A stretch of DNA of 63,320 bases, counting the filler, from Octopus bimaculoides (taxonomy: Eukaryota): NCBI RefSeq assembly GCF_001194135.2. It is 5 parts of 5 records of this genome, joined end to end, with 100 filler letters (N's around TTAATTAATTAA, not from the genome) between each part and the next. Parts side by side here need not be neighbours in the genome. Positions count along the whole stretch, not along the records: positions 24,516 to 46,334 come from NC_068982.1; positions 46,435 to 55,169 come from NC_068983.1; 3 more parts are not named here. One strand, 5' to 3'. Below, piece by piece: positions 37,118 through 50,900 of the stretch. The notes beneath the pieces were generated by a model. That model worked only from the letters and a program-made list of their open reading frames with translations, had not been told where the DNA came from and did no database searches. A program made the translations under genes and the position numbers. Position 1 is the first letter of the stretch. Every line of letters starts with the position of its first letter.

Positions 37118-39302
37118 NNNNNNNNNNNNNNNNNNNNNNNNNNNNNNNNNNNNNNNNNNNNNNNNNNNNNNNNNNNNNNNNNNNNNNNNNNNNNNNNNNN
37201 NNNNNNNNNNNNNNNNNNNNNNNNNNNNNNNNNNNNNNNNNNNNNNNNNNNNNNNNNNNNNNNNNNNNNNNNNNNNNNNNNNNNNNNNNNNNNNNNNNNN
37301 NNNNNNNNNNNNNNNNNNNNNNNNNNNNNNNNNNNNNNNNNNNNNNNNNNNNNNNNNNNNNNNNNNNNNNNNNNNNNNNNNNNNNNNNNNNNNNNNNNNN
37401 NNNNNNNNNNNNNNNNNNNNNNNNNNNNNNNNNNNNNNNNNNNNNNNNNNNNNNNNNNNNNNNNNNNNNNNNNNNNNNNNNNNNNNNNNNNNNNNNNNNN
37501 NTGTGTGTGTATGTATATATACATATAATACAAATAATATGTGAGTATATGCGTATATACGTACATGTATGTACATACCTACATTTACATATATATATAG
37601 ATGCATATCTAGGTACAGGAGGTCACAAAAAAACCTGGACAAAATGAAAAACGAGAATATAAAAAAGCACGGAAAACAATATACATACATATACACATAG
37701 ATACATACATACACACATATACATATACATATANNNNNNNNNNNNNNNNNNNNNNNNNNNNNNNNNNNNNNNNNNNNNNNNNNNNNNNNNNNNNNNNNNN
37801 NNNNNNNNNNNNNNNNNNNNNNNNNNNNNNNNNNNNNNNNNNNNNNNNNNNNNNNNNNNNNNNNNNNNNNNNNNNNNNNNNNNNNNNNNNNNNNNNNNNN
37901 NNNNNNNNNNNNNNNNNNNNNNNNNNNNNNNNNNNNNNNNNNNNNNNNNNNNNNNNNNNNNNNNNNNNNNNNNNNNNNNNNNNNNNNNNNNNNNNNNNNN
38001 NNNNNNNNNNNNNNNNNNNNNNNNNNNNNNNNNNNNNNNNNNNNNNNNNNNNNNNNNNNNNNNNNNNNNNNNNNNNNNNNNNNNNNNNNNNNNNNNNNNN
38101 NNNNNNNNNNNNNNNNNNNNNNNNNNNNNNNNNNNNNNNNNNNNNNNNNNNNNNNNNNNNNNNNNNNNNNNNNNNNNNNNNNNNNNNNNNNNNNNNNNNN
38201 NNNNNNNNNNNNNNNNNNNNNNNNNNNNNNNNNNNNNNNNNNNNNNNNNNNNNNNNNNNNNNNNNNNNNNNNNNNNNNNNNNNNNNNNNNNNNNNNNNNN
38301 NNNNNNGGCGTCTACCATTGACAAAGCAAAGAAAGGCCGAAATCACGTGATCTGGAAATCCACTAGTGCCGATGGCGTGTACTTTGCTTTTCGAGCCTAC
38401 TCTCTTCAAAAGAAGGAAACACGAGAAAATAAACAGGGAGAGAATAAAAAAAAAAAAAGAAAATTGGGAGCTAGCGGTTAATCATGCATGTATATATTTG
38501 AGTATATTTTACATGGATATCGGGCTGTAGGTGTCTATCTATATAATGTGTTTGCGACTAGATTGGCATTGCAATTGAATATGTGTGACTAAGTGGAGTC
38601 TGATTCAAGTTGGTGCGTGTATTTATATATGTAGGTGAATGTGTGAGGAATTGGATAGGGGAGTTCATAACTTCAACATTCTTTTTTACGCCTCTTGTTC
38701 CAACGGATAAATGTCGCCATAAAAGTCATTAAACGGGTGATTATAATTCTACCGTTAATGTATTGATCGATATCACTTCTCACCGACTTTATTTCGACTT
38801 TAATTTGATGTAGTTCTATACCTTTTATTATGATTAACTGCCTTACTTTTACTGGGTTTATAAAGTGAAATCTTTAAGCGTTCGGTCTGTTTATGTATCG
38901 TAAACACACCGAAAAGCATTCATCCAAAATTATTTTTTGCGTCCATCAAATCATGACACCCGAAGACGTGAATGGACTATAAGAACATTATTACATATTT
39001 CTATATATTGTAACATATATTACATAATATTGGATGGACTGCGTATCAGACATAAAATAAAAGATATCGTACGCTTACGGAAACAGTTATAATTACAATT
39101 GTCTCTCCTTTCATTTAAACTACTACCATTATTATCATTCACTATGCGGGCTTATAGGAAGCCTGCTGGATCTTAACTTGGAGTTGTGTACTGTTCCCTA
39201 AGTATCAATCGAACCCTGTATGTATATATTATGTATGTATGTATGCATGTATGTATGTATATATTATGTATGTATGTATGCATGTATTATGTATGTATGT
39301 AT

Positions 39303-39660
39303 CTTCGTCGCCGTCGTCGAGAATTTATTTTCTTCTTTTGCTGAACGCTTCCATTATGATTACTCCGTTGATGACTCTATAGACAAATTCTTGTATAGAA
39401 GAGTCGATGGCATTGACTGCATGGTAATGTTGGTGGAAGATGAGGTTGATTTTGTCGTGCCTTTCTCTCCTGTCATTTGATTTCTTCTATTTCTCTCTTG
39501 ATGGTGGAACACAGCCACTTGGTACGGTCTCGGGCTTCTGTTTCAAACGATTTAGACTCAATTCCAACGGCTTTCAGTGTTGATCTGAGCTGCTCCTTGT
39601 GTCTTCGAAGACACACTGAATTAGACTTGGCGTGGGAACCTTGACGCTTTCATTCATACT
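39303..39660 (-). mobile_element. RTE-clade LINE 3' end with (ACAT)n tail
   Basis: Minus strand: GHVV..., HKEQLRSTLKAVGIESKSFETEARDRTKW, terminal zinc-finger-like LPCSQCHRLFYTRICL*SHQRSNH, short 3' UTR, then the (TATG)n tract at 39219-39300. Confidence 0.7.
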
Positions 39661-40432
39661 ACATGTCCTGACTCCCCTCCAAAAATATTGCACATACAGA
39701 AATTTTAAATATTAATTCACTGTATGAATAAATTCACACCATATATTAAGAAGTATAATACACTTAACAAAGTCGCAGAGACGATTTCCCTTTTCTTTTT
39801 CTTTTGTGCACTTATTACCAAACATGTACTCTAAAAATCAATATGCTCAAAGCATCTATCACCTCTCCATTTTCGTTTCCACTTTAATTGTTTAAAGCTA
39901 TTTTGTCAGCTCTGGCGTAGAGAACACATGGTTTTCCACTGATTATCGCATTTTCTGCCAACATCATCCTATCGTTTTTCATTTTTTCTTTCTTTGCTCC
40001 TTCCAGGAAAGGTACATTTTGAAACGTTAAAATAAATTGTAGTGTCTTTGCTGCAAGCGATAAACTATACTGCTTCTTTTTTTTTCTTGTAGAATTTCTG
40101 TTCTCTGTACTGACATTTTTATATAATATCTCAAGCATACCTGGACGTCTTTTTAATTCCCCAAATTTTAAATTCTCTTAGATATCGCTCGGATTAAAGA
40201 GAATAATTATGCATACGTACGTACGTATGCACCTACCTACCTACCTACCTACCTACCTACCTACCTACTTACCTACATGCATACATACATACATATATGC
40301 ATAGATACATACTAACATGCATGCATACATATACACATACATATGTACATATATAAGTGTATCTATGTATCTTTGTATGCATATATGTAAATAAATATAC
40401 ATGTGTGTGTCTATATGCATATATACATATGT

Positions 40433-40531
<99 letters not shown>

Positions 40532-41980
40532 AATTGAGAGGGAGAAAGATGGAAGGGAGAGATGAAGATATGGGTACAGGCATATAAATATATGCATATA
40601 CATTCACATGATATTCATTGATTTTCTGTCTACGCAAGCAGATACATACCCAAATATAGGTTCGTATATGTTCGTCTGTTTATATGTGTGTTCATTTGCT
40701 TGGAGATGTACACATTAGTGTGCGTACGTGTTCTGTAAATATATGTGTACCTATAATTTCATATATTATATTCATGCGGAGAAATGTTTAGTGAATTGAT
40801 TGGGAATGAGGGATTTCATGTGAGCATGAAAGAAAAGGATAATATATTGAATACTATTAATTTGCAATTATTTCTAATCTCTGCCCATGCTAACACGCAC
40901 ATACACTACTGAAATATAATGAGCAGAAAACAAAATAAAAAAACAAAACTATAAGAAAATAAATTATTCCTCAAAGTAGGAAATGAATAGAATCCATCAG
41001 AATGACAAAATAGCAATAGGTCCAGCAGCCACGTTGTCTAACAAATTCTCATTCAAAGACAATGAGATGTGAGATATTCCTCGTTGCCTTCATGATAACA
41101 GAGGTCTCTTGAAATGCGTTAACTTCAAAGACCTAGAATATTTGCTCTGATGCCCGTGTACTTTTCCTAATCAATCAATATTCCACAGTATTTCTAGATC
41201 ACCAACCAACCGACCAATCAGCATAGCCTTAGGTTGACCAACTTGCAAGTCAAAAAGACCTAATTTCTCCCCGATATAACTCATTTATCGCGCCGCTGTC
41301 ATTCCAGCTATGCATTTGGTCTTATCTACTATCAAACATACACACTCCTTCCTTTCTTCTTTCACTCTTTCTGTAATTTCTATTCTCAGTCTTCCTTTTC
41401 TCGAAATCTCACCCTCTATTCTCTTTGTATATCTGATATCCTATTGCGAACTCTCTTTGTAAATTACTTTCGCTCTCTTTTCTCCCCACTTCTGATTTCC
41501 TTGTTTGGAGGACTTTTAATCACTAGATTCATTTCAGTGTGTATTTGTGTGTTTGTGAGTATGCATGTGCGAATGTGTATATGTATATGTGAGTGCCCGT
41601 TTGCTTTTGATAGTTTGTGTTTAAGTGTGCATTGGGTTGCGCTTCTTTGTGCGTATGCATGTGTATGCTTATGTATTATGAGATATTCAAATAAATACAT
41701 TATACATAACGAATTCTTTCATTATGTTTAATAATTTACACATTCCTTTTCACATAGTATATGATGGACGAAATATTTAATCCAGAGGGTGGTTTTAAAT
41801 CCCCCTTAAGCTATCTTCCATCTTTCATCCTGTGATAGATGAAACGAAGAGGCCGAACCTTTTCTATTTTTCAACACCTCTTACATTTTGAATATTTGCC
41901 ATCAAGTCTTATCCTTAAAGTTCCATAATATTTATTCAACCATTATATTTCATTTTTTTTTCACAATCTGGCCCTATGAT

Positions 41981-42025
<45 letters not shown>

Positions 42026-42154
42026 NNNNNNNNNNNNNNNNNNNNNNNNNNNNNNNNNNNNNNNNNNNNNNNNNNNNNNNNNNNNNNNNNNNNNNNNNNN
42101 NNNNNNNNNNNNNNNNNNNNNNNNNNNNNNNNNNNNNNNNNNNNNNNNNNNNNN

Positions 42155-42287
<133 letters not shown>

Positions 42288-42479
42288 CATGAGCGTATTC
42301 GTGAGTATTAGTAACTGAGTCTGTATTTGAGTGTTTACATATTTAACATTAAAAAAAAATATTTAAGCTCACACAGTACAATATGTATTCCTAAATAAGA
42401 ATTTGAAGAGAAATTCACGAAGGAATAAATAAGGGTGCAGTATTATCTCCTGCACACGCCATGCTTGTATTTGTAAGTG

Positions 42480-43620
42480 ACCACGGAGCTTGAACCACTT
42501 CTGTCCCTCCATCCACAAATTAAGTAGATATTAGAAACCAGCTATTAAAACCATCAATTATTTTCTCTCCATGCCCTTCCCATATTATTCTTTCCCTTAT
42601 AGCGGTTGTCATCCAGTTATCTGGAATTTGTCTTCTCATAAGTTATGTTACGCACTTAACCTTGCGTCTTATGTTGCTAAGAATATTTTTACAGCTTCTG
42701 TTCTTTTAAGGACTTCGATATTTGTCACTCTGTTTGTGTTTACCTATCTGCCTTCATTGCTGCAATTTCCATAAGTGTCTGCAGTTGTTTGTTGATGTAC
42801 AAGAACACGTTCACTCGCTCGTATTGATAGAGATACATTCAACAATATATACCTGATCTCCGGAAAAGAAGCCTACTCATTTCTTCATGAAGTTTCTACA
42901 GTGTTTTTCCCGTTTATCGGCATGTTTCATGGTTCTTCCATTTATTTTTGTATTGAAAGTTGGTGGTAATTTGATTTGGGTATTCAGAAACAGATAATCT
43001 TTTATTTCTCATCAGTAATAAAACAAAATAATGTTTGAAGGTCTTTCATTGTTGTTTCTCTCCTGATTGCGTCAGATATCGTTCATGTTTCGTTTTCTTG
43101 AGTCTATAACTAGTAAATGTTAAAAAGATCCCATAATTATTGCATTTTTTAATGAATTACACACACCACTGTTACATTCCTCTCTTCATAAGTTCTAGCT
43201 ACCTATTTTATTTCCACGTTTGACTAAAAGTGTTTACTGCCATTATGTTGCTATTTATTCGTACGTCTTTTTCATCTAGATTTATATCGTCCAACATCTT
43301 TATGATTTGTAAATGACTGAATATAACGTATTTATTTTGGGAGGACTGCCTCAAAGATTAACGTACACATTACTCCTGGGTCGTCGGCTCTTTCGTAGAT
43401 GTTATTGAGAAGTCTTGTTATTTTCTCATTTCCAAAGACTTCTCATATTATTATTACCAACGTAAGAATGCTCACCAAGAAAAAAATATCGACTACTGTT
43501 TCAAGGGTGATGGTGTAATTTGCATTAATAAGGGGAAGAAGGGAACTCTTATTCTCCATGGATGGTCATTATCAGTATTGCATAAATTGAATATTACGCC
43601 CTTTCTTAAGATTGTTATTA
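42480..43620 (-). mobile_element. Highly decayed RTE-like LINE fragment
   Basis: Minus strand retains ...DKVTNIEVLKRTEAVKIFLAT...-type text resembling the RTE W.DKITNEEVLRR motif; many stops, boundaries approximate. Confidence 0.45.
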
Positions 43621-45857
43621 AAAATGCTTAAAGATCTTACATCGCAAGTTCCTGAAACCTTTATGTTTCTTTTATGCAGCTCCTTGTTTTTGCAAAAGAC
43701 TCACATCTTCACCAAATTGGCCCCTTGTGGGCAATAAAAAAATCTCGCAACTTCACCACACAAACTTTCCCTCATGGCCTTTTACAACTCAACCAAAATA
43801 TCTTCTACCATTCTTTCAAAAATGATATCATATACTAGTGCCATAATGTATTTCTGAACATGTAAACAATTTACTGATTGACAACCAATGGTGTGGATAT
43901 AGCCTGACCATATTTTTTCATCCAAATAACATTCATATCTAAGTATCTCCCATCTGTCAATGCTACGTAAGCCGTAGCCTCCTTAATGTTCAAACTTTTC
44001 TCCTACTCTCGGAATCTAGACTAACCCATCCAATCAGTCGTCTCTTGCATGTTGTATCAAAGTTTTTTCTTCTAATATAATATCCATCTTAATTCATTGG
44101 TTGTAGCTAAGCAGCTGAGTTTTGGGGGATCTATTTCTCTCTCTTATTATCTGAAATATTATCTGTATTCACTGCGTTATTTGGTTAAAATTGCTTAAAA
44201 TCACATGCTGCATGGCACTATGCCTCTCGAAGGCAGGACGTAATATAGTTTGTAAACGAACTGTCAAAAGGCTAGTAAGCATCCAACCATTTTATGAACA
44301 CCAAATTACAAGTTAATTAAACTTAGCGAAACCTATAAGGTCATTAGATTTTCGAAGTGTTTCAATATATCACTAGATGGTAGTGATACATGTAGTAGGG
44401 TCATTACTTTTGAATCACTAGTAGTATTTCTTCTCTAAAGACCATGTTTGGAAATTTGAATCCTGGTGGGTGTTAATATTCATTCTGCATGAACTTCCGG
44501 AAAAATTCGCTCATCATTATTGTACACTAGTTCTGGTGTATAATCTTCTTTGGACAATAATGCTCTCGCTTTCACTGATCAGATCAATGTTGTACAAAAT
44601 AAAGTTCCTCTTAAAAGTTTCAAATCAGCATTTATTAGCTAGAAAAATATTCTACATAAATTCATACTTTCCTCTTTCTGCAAATCGTTATTGAATCATT
44701 TAGCTTACGTTTCAACAGTTGTATTCGTTTCGCTGAAAATAAGCTGATTGCGTACGCTTGTTGTTACAGTATCCATTCAGAATTCAAACAAAGTACAATA
44801 TCATCTTATTAGGGATTTCAGAGTGAGTGAGGGAAATATTTGGAACATAATTCAATAAGAAAGCATGGGAAATACTGATTGGAAAATTGTTGTACTTCTA
44901 GGAAAATCTGAATATCACATCTTACTTATTTCCAGCAAGTTTTAAAATCAGCAAGCTGACAGATGGAATTCTAGAAAGGGATTCTTGAGTAAGTACCGGG
45001 TCAATTGAAGCCATGTGACCGAAATTGTATTGTGGGAATGGGGTAGGAGGACTCCAGTGAAGTCATGCTGATTTCACTTGGTAATTACATTAAAAGTACA
45101 TCTGACTGGAGAACCCATTAACTTTCATACCCAGTGATTAAGCAATCTTCTACCGTACTTTGCATCTCATAGATAAGAGAATTTTCCGTTAATGAAAAAA
45201 AAAAAAACGCCAATACTTTCTATTTCGTTTATGTCATATCTTGAATATTGTGTATTTTTCATTAGATCTAATTTTACGATTGATATCTTTGCCAATTACT
45301 ATTTAAAAAAAACTTTTTATACTTTAGCACTGATATCATTTCTCGATGGTACATGTATATGCACAGATATTTTGTGCGAGAGTGTTCGATATCTGTGAGT
45401 ATAGTATTAATTATGTATAACATGCGGACATCAACAATCATAACAACCAATACAGTTTTAATCATCATTACACTCTTTCTAACAATAATATAGTTCCTCA
45501 GATTACCCCCTCTTTTGCTAGTTGCCAATCTCCAAACACATATAACCCCCTATACTTATATATACACACCTTTTATTACCTCCATTCTTAATCCCTGTTA
45601 TTCAATCGCGTTTCCACATGTATTTTCACCTCATTGGTATTTTCCTTTACTGATCCCTGCTCATATACCTAGGAATTTCATATTTTTTGCAAATGAAAGA
45701 ATCACAAGCAAATGGTTCAAATTCATTCTCTTGCCATCAAGCGTTAGCTTAATGCAGTGCTTGTGAAACCTATCGCAATTGTACTGTGCTTTTTATTTTA
45801 TTTGATCTCCATTCCTTATTGCATACCCAATATCTTTTTAAAGCCTACGCTGACATC

Positions 45858-45861
45858 GTAT

Positions 45862-45907
<46 letters not shown>

Positions 45908-45908
45908 G

Positions 45909-45961
<53 letters not shown>

Positions 45962-45978
45962 TTATCTATCTATCTATC
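45858..45978. repeat. (TATC)n microsatellite
   Basis: Directly visible; abuts the Tx1-like fragment. Confidence 0.95.
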
Positions 45979-46334
45979 TCGGGCCGGGACCTATGGACAA
46001 CCTCCGTCCGGTTGAGTTGCTGGGGGTCTGGTTTGGTCCAGACCTCCAAACGGAGAAGAACTGGGACGAGATAACGAGAAGGGTGGCCACTCTAGCCCGG
46101 CAATGGGCCGAGAGGAAGTTTTCCTTAAAAGGTCGGGCGGAGTTGGGGAACACGTACATCGCGTCCGTCATCTACTACCGCCTAACCGTCGTTCCTTGTC
46201 CCGACCCTACCATCACCAAGCTGGAGCGCATCCTCTTCCGCTTCTTGTAGAAAGGAAGCGTTCCGATGGTTAGGCGATCCGTTTGCTGCCAACACCCGTT
46301 AAAAGGAGGACTGGGCATGCCGTGGTTGATGATG
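45979..46334 (+). mobile_element. L1/Tx1-clade LINE RT C-terminal fragment, relatively young
   Basis: VELLGVWFGPDLQTEKNWDEITRRV...WAERKFSLKGRAELGNTYIASVIYYRLTVVPCP...LERILFRFL*KGSVPMVRRSVCCQHPLKGGLGMP; KYLG-like, W..R.LS..GR and GGLG motifs. GC-rich with one stop; ends at a gap. Confidence 0.85.
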
Positions 46335-47143
46335 NNNNNNNNNNNNNNNNNNNNNNNNNNNNNNNNNNNNNNNNNNNNTTAATTAATTAANNNNNNNNNN
46401 NNNNNNNNNNNNNNNNNNNNNNNNNNNNNNNNNNTGTGTGTGTGTGTGTGTGTGTGTGTGTGAAGTAAAAATGTGGTTTTAAGTTTCTTTACTTATTAAA
46501 AAATTCGATTAAGGAAAATTCATTTTAATTCACAGCAAGATAAAGTTTTTTGAACGTTGCGAGGTAGCGTTCACACTTTGTCATTTCTCTCTTTCCCTCT
46601 CTCTCACTCTCTTCCTCTCTGTCTCTCTGTCTCTCTCACTCTCTCTCCCTCTCACTCTCTCTCTCCCTCACCCTCTCTCTCTCGAACACAATATGTTTTG
46701 GATAGTTTATTCTTTTACAGTGTATATGCAGTAAACCGAGGACATTTACAGAGCTAAGTTAAATGTATATTATATCGTTACCATTTTCAATTGTCGTATA
46801 TCCAAATTTGACCAAATGCGCTTTTTTCAATATTTATTTTTGCTTGGAATAGCCAGTTCTTTTGGTAAAACCATCGTATCTTCAGATGCTTCAGATGCCA
46901 AGATATCAAAAATTGTCTGTGTAGTACAGCGGTTTTGCTATGGAATGGCAAGACTATTTTTTTCGTTTTCTGAAAAGCAACGTCTTGGACTTTGGAAAAA
47001 TTAGACGTAAGAAACGAGAAAAATTACACATACGTGGAATCAAATGTGGAAATATTACTTAGCAACTAGTAGAAACGGCTGGAGGGCTGCATTTCTGCTA
47101 GTATAAAGAAAGCCATTACTTGAATGCATCTGTCTGTCTGTAG

Positions 47144-47205
<62 letters not shown>

Positions 47206-47249
47206 GTTATAAGAATGCGCGTGTGTGTGTGTAGGTGTGCGTGTTTTGC

Positions 47250-47393
47250 ATTCTTTTGTGCTTTTATTTGTTTCAGTCATTTGACTGCGGCCATGCTGGT
47301 GCAGCACCTTTAGTCGAGCAAATCAACCCCAAGACTTTTCTTTGTAAGCCGAGCGGTCGATTTTGCCGAACCGCTAGGTTACGGGGACATAAA
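47250..47393 (-). mobile_element. SINE family C 3' end
   Basis: TTTCAGTCATTTGACTGCGGCCATGCTGG...TTTAGTCGAGCAAATCAACCCCAAG...GCCGAACCGCTAGGTTACGGGGAC. Confidence 0.85.
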
Positions 47394-47577
47394 NNNNNNN
47401 NNNNNNNNNNNNNNNNNNNNNNNNNNNNNNNNNNNNNNNNNNNNNNNNNNNNNNNNNNNNNNNNNNNNNNNNNNNNNNNNNNNNNNNNNNNNNNNNNNNN
47501 NNNNNNNNNNNNNNNNNNNNNNNNNNNNNNNNNNNNNNNNNNNNNNNNNNNNNNNNNNNNNNNNNNNNNNNNNNNNN

Positions 47578-47616
<39 letters not shown>

Positions 47617-47829
47617 GATATATAATAGAAATAGGTTTCAAGTAGAAAGATAAACTACACGTGGTAGATATATGGAGGAAGTAAGAAGAAAAAGCGAAAA
47701 TGTACGTCATTCCGGTTTCGTCAATTGCTGTTCACTGACTTTGAATGCGCACCGATTAGCAGACGGTGTCGGGTCAACTAGTCCGTGAATAAAAAGATTA
47801 TATGCAAGGGACGTAAGTAGTTCTAGGAG

Positions 47830-50800
47830 TGGTGCAATTAGGTTAGATGTAATACTGCTTCTTTATTCATTCTTTGCTGAATTGAAGCGTTCTGTGAACA
47901 TTGATAGAAAGGGGAAATTTGGAAGTTAGGATTAAAGTCCCTAGCACACTTTTCTATGTGTTCACTGACCTGTAACTGTCTGTATTGTGGGTAGCTGATT
48001 TGTTCTTTGTGCAGAGTTGTTCTTTGATAGAGTGACATTCCTGTTTGGCCAATATAATGATTACCGCATCCTAAGCAGGTAATGGTATAAATTAGGATTT
48101 CCGAGGCACATGTGAAATTTGATTTTATCTTAAATATTTCACCTTGTTTGATGTTCAACTCTGTACCATCCAAAAGGTGGGGGACATGTGCCACAATTAG
48201 GCCGACTGCATTTGTTCACTTTTGGTTCCGTTGTTAATAGATGTAGTCTTGCGTTGGTTAATATTTTTTTCAATGGTTTCCGTTGCCTTTTGTTCTTGAT
48301 ATTATTGTGAGCCTAAAATTTTGGTCATTGTTTTATCTCCTTTGAGGATGTGTAGATTTTGGATGATAATGCTGAAGGTCTCATTGTTTCTAGGATTGTG
48401 TGTGGAAATGTATGGGAGCATTTTAAAGTCTGGTGTAGTATTTCGGTTGACTTCCCTTAATGTTCGTATGTCTATTTCCTTTGCTCGTTTAATCCCATCA
48501 TTTATTAATGATGTTGGGTAATGCCTCTTGATTAGTATGGATCTGAGTTCAAGGAGTCTTTGTTCACGAGTATTGGTGTCAGAAACTACGGTACAGATTC
48601 TTTTTGGTACATATTCTTTTCGCTAGATTAAGAGGTATATTAATTTTAATGTGTTTGGGGTGTCATGAGTTGAATAATAGATATTGTTTTGAATTTGTGG
48701 GTTTAAAGGTGTCTGTTTCAATGTGATTATTGACTATTTTAATTAGGATGTCAAGAAAAGGAAGTTGTTTAGTGCTATGTTCCATGGAAAATTGTATGAT
48801 GCTATTGGTATTGTTGAGCATCATTTTGAAATGGAGCAGTTTGTCAGTGCAATCTTTCCAAAGTATAAAGCAATCATCTAAATATCTCTTCCAGCAGTTC
48901 TCGTTTATATAGCAATGAAATGAAGTGCCATATTTTTGTAGTGATGATTGGTATATTTTAAGTTCTGGGTAACCCATTACAAGGTTCACAACCACTGGTG
49001 TAGCTCGAGTTCCCATTGCAATTCCACAGTTTTGTCGATAGCAAACTGTATCAAACATGAAATAGTTGTTAAGTAGGATGAACTTCAGTGCTGCTATTAT
49101 GAATCTGTGGTTGATGCGTCCTGAGATTTCTTCTGAGTATTTTTCTAGCCAGACGGTGATTGCATGTGTACCATAATCGTGTGGGATATGGTGTACAGTT
49201 TCACCACATTGAATGATACTAGCAGGGTTCCTTCATTTATTTCTTCGGGAGGTGGTTGAGCATGTATAAGTCATCCCTGATGAAGCTTTTCACATATGTA
49301 AGATGCCGAGGAAATTGCTCAAACGGTGGGTTTCACAAACAGGGCCAGCAATGGTATGTCTTAGTTTGAGGTCAGTTGGGGGAGGAACATTAATGCATAG
49401 GCTTGGAGAATATTTTCAAGCTTTACAAATATGTGAATTTTTGTGTATTTTGAGTCATCCATAAAAAAGATTTGGTCTGTATTTAAAATTGGATAGTCAA
49501 TTTTTAATGAGGCCCTTTCCATGTACTTGAAGTAAGGAGGATAAGTTTTTAAGTGTCTTCTGTGGGTTGTATTGTACTATCTTCTCATAGTAAATATTGT
49601 TTTCCAACATAGAGAGTATTAACTTTTCATAGTACTCAGTATCCATCACTACTACCGCACTTCATTTATCGGCTTCTTAAATTATCAGGTTTATATCATT
49701 TTTTTAAAACTCGATTAGGTTTTTCCTTTCATTTTTGTTAAGGTTGGATTTAATTCGTTGTTTTTGTAGGGTATTGAAAGGAAAACTAGTAACGTGTTCA
49801 CAAAAATCATCAAGTGCTTTATTTCTGCCTTTTGTAGGACAGTATTCGCTTTTGTTTTTTACTATTGAGTCATCTTCACTGGTGTAGTTGTGAAGTGCTT
49901 CTGTGAGGCGCAATTTTCGGCAAAAATCCATAGTATTATCCTTGATTTCAATCAGGTTCGATCTGCGAGGATTTGGTGTAAACTTTAAACCTCTTGCTAG
50001 AATTTTAATTTGTGTAGTACATCGGATTTTCTTTGGTATGTTGATTATCTTTGGTTGTTCTTGTACATTTTTATCCATTTTACATCTCTGTTTCTCTGAT
50101 TTATGTCTAAAATATGGTTGTAGTTGGTGAATTGTTGTGGGACGTTTGTTTCGTGTTTGGTTTGGTGAGGAGAAAATGGTGAGCAGTAAAGCGTGTCTCT
50201 GTAGTGGATTAAATTATGGTTGTACTGAGGGTTTGGGTTAAATTTATTTTCAATTTTGTAATGTGGGTGGAGGGAGAGAAGTTATGTTGTCTAGTTAGGT
50301 TGTGTCTAGTCGAATGCTTGAAGTATTCATGTTGAGGGTTAAGTCTCGGAGGTAATTTTTCCCATTGTCTGTGAGATGATGGGGTAAATTGGTAGGTAGT
50401 AGTTCCCGAAAGTTTAGGTTAGTCTGGAGGTTTGGATGGGTCTTTTGATTTGTATGTAGGGGACCTTGAGAATTACGTCCGAATTTTCTATTACGAACGG
50501 AATTCCTATTTGTTGTTTGGAAGTAATGTTTGGGTAGCAGTGAGATTAGTTCGGTGGAGTTGTGTCCGCTAGATTGTCTGTGGTTTGAGTTAGATAAATG
50601 TGAGTTCCTTTCTGCGTGGTGTTTTGGTTTCTTTTTCTTCAGGGAGGGGTTATCCGATATGTTTTCTATGTTGAACTGTTTCGTAGTTTAGCAAAAAAAT
50701 TAGTTTGTCTTTCCCAGCGTTGCAGGGAATTGATTTCTTCAGTTTCACATGTTGCTTTCCATAGTTTAATAACATTCTCCAAGAGTTGACCATCTGAATG

Positions 50801-50900
50801 TTTCTTTAATTCGGTATATATTTCTTCATCTATGTTTTTAAATACTTGTTCATTGCTTAACGCTCTATGTTTAAAGAGTTCGATTTCCGTCTTCATTTTT
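47830..50900 (-). mobile_element. Near full-length, decayed Penelope-like retroelement (N-terminal region, RT, GIY-YIG endonuclease)
   Basis: Collinear ORF pieces: 50666-50896 N-terminal; 49704-50078 ILARGLKFTP...SNLNKNERK; EADK.SAVVVMD; LRPIVAGP; YRQNCGIAMGT and WKRYLDDCFILW (48663-49058); LIYTITCLGCGNHYIGQTG...R...H (47838-48194). Multiple stops and frameshifts. Confidence 0.92.

Noticed and set aside
38308-38470. Long minus-strand pyrimidine tract followed by an open frame (GSKSKVHAIGTSGFPDHVISAFLCF) running into a gap
   Set aside because: Not LRP-like, the acceptor is ambiguous and the donor is hidden by Ns.
46816-47004. 62-aa ORF with a hydrophobic, signal-peptide-like start
   Set aside because: Hydrophobicity is explained by T-rich sequence; no mature-peptide motifs or splice support.
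47700-47740. GTCA...TGAC-GAAACCGG at the 3' end of the large Penelope element
   Set aside because: No CUGANGA box upstream of the stem, so no hammerhead can be drawn.
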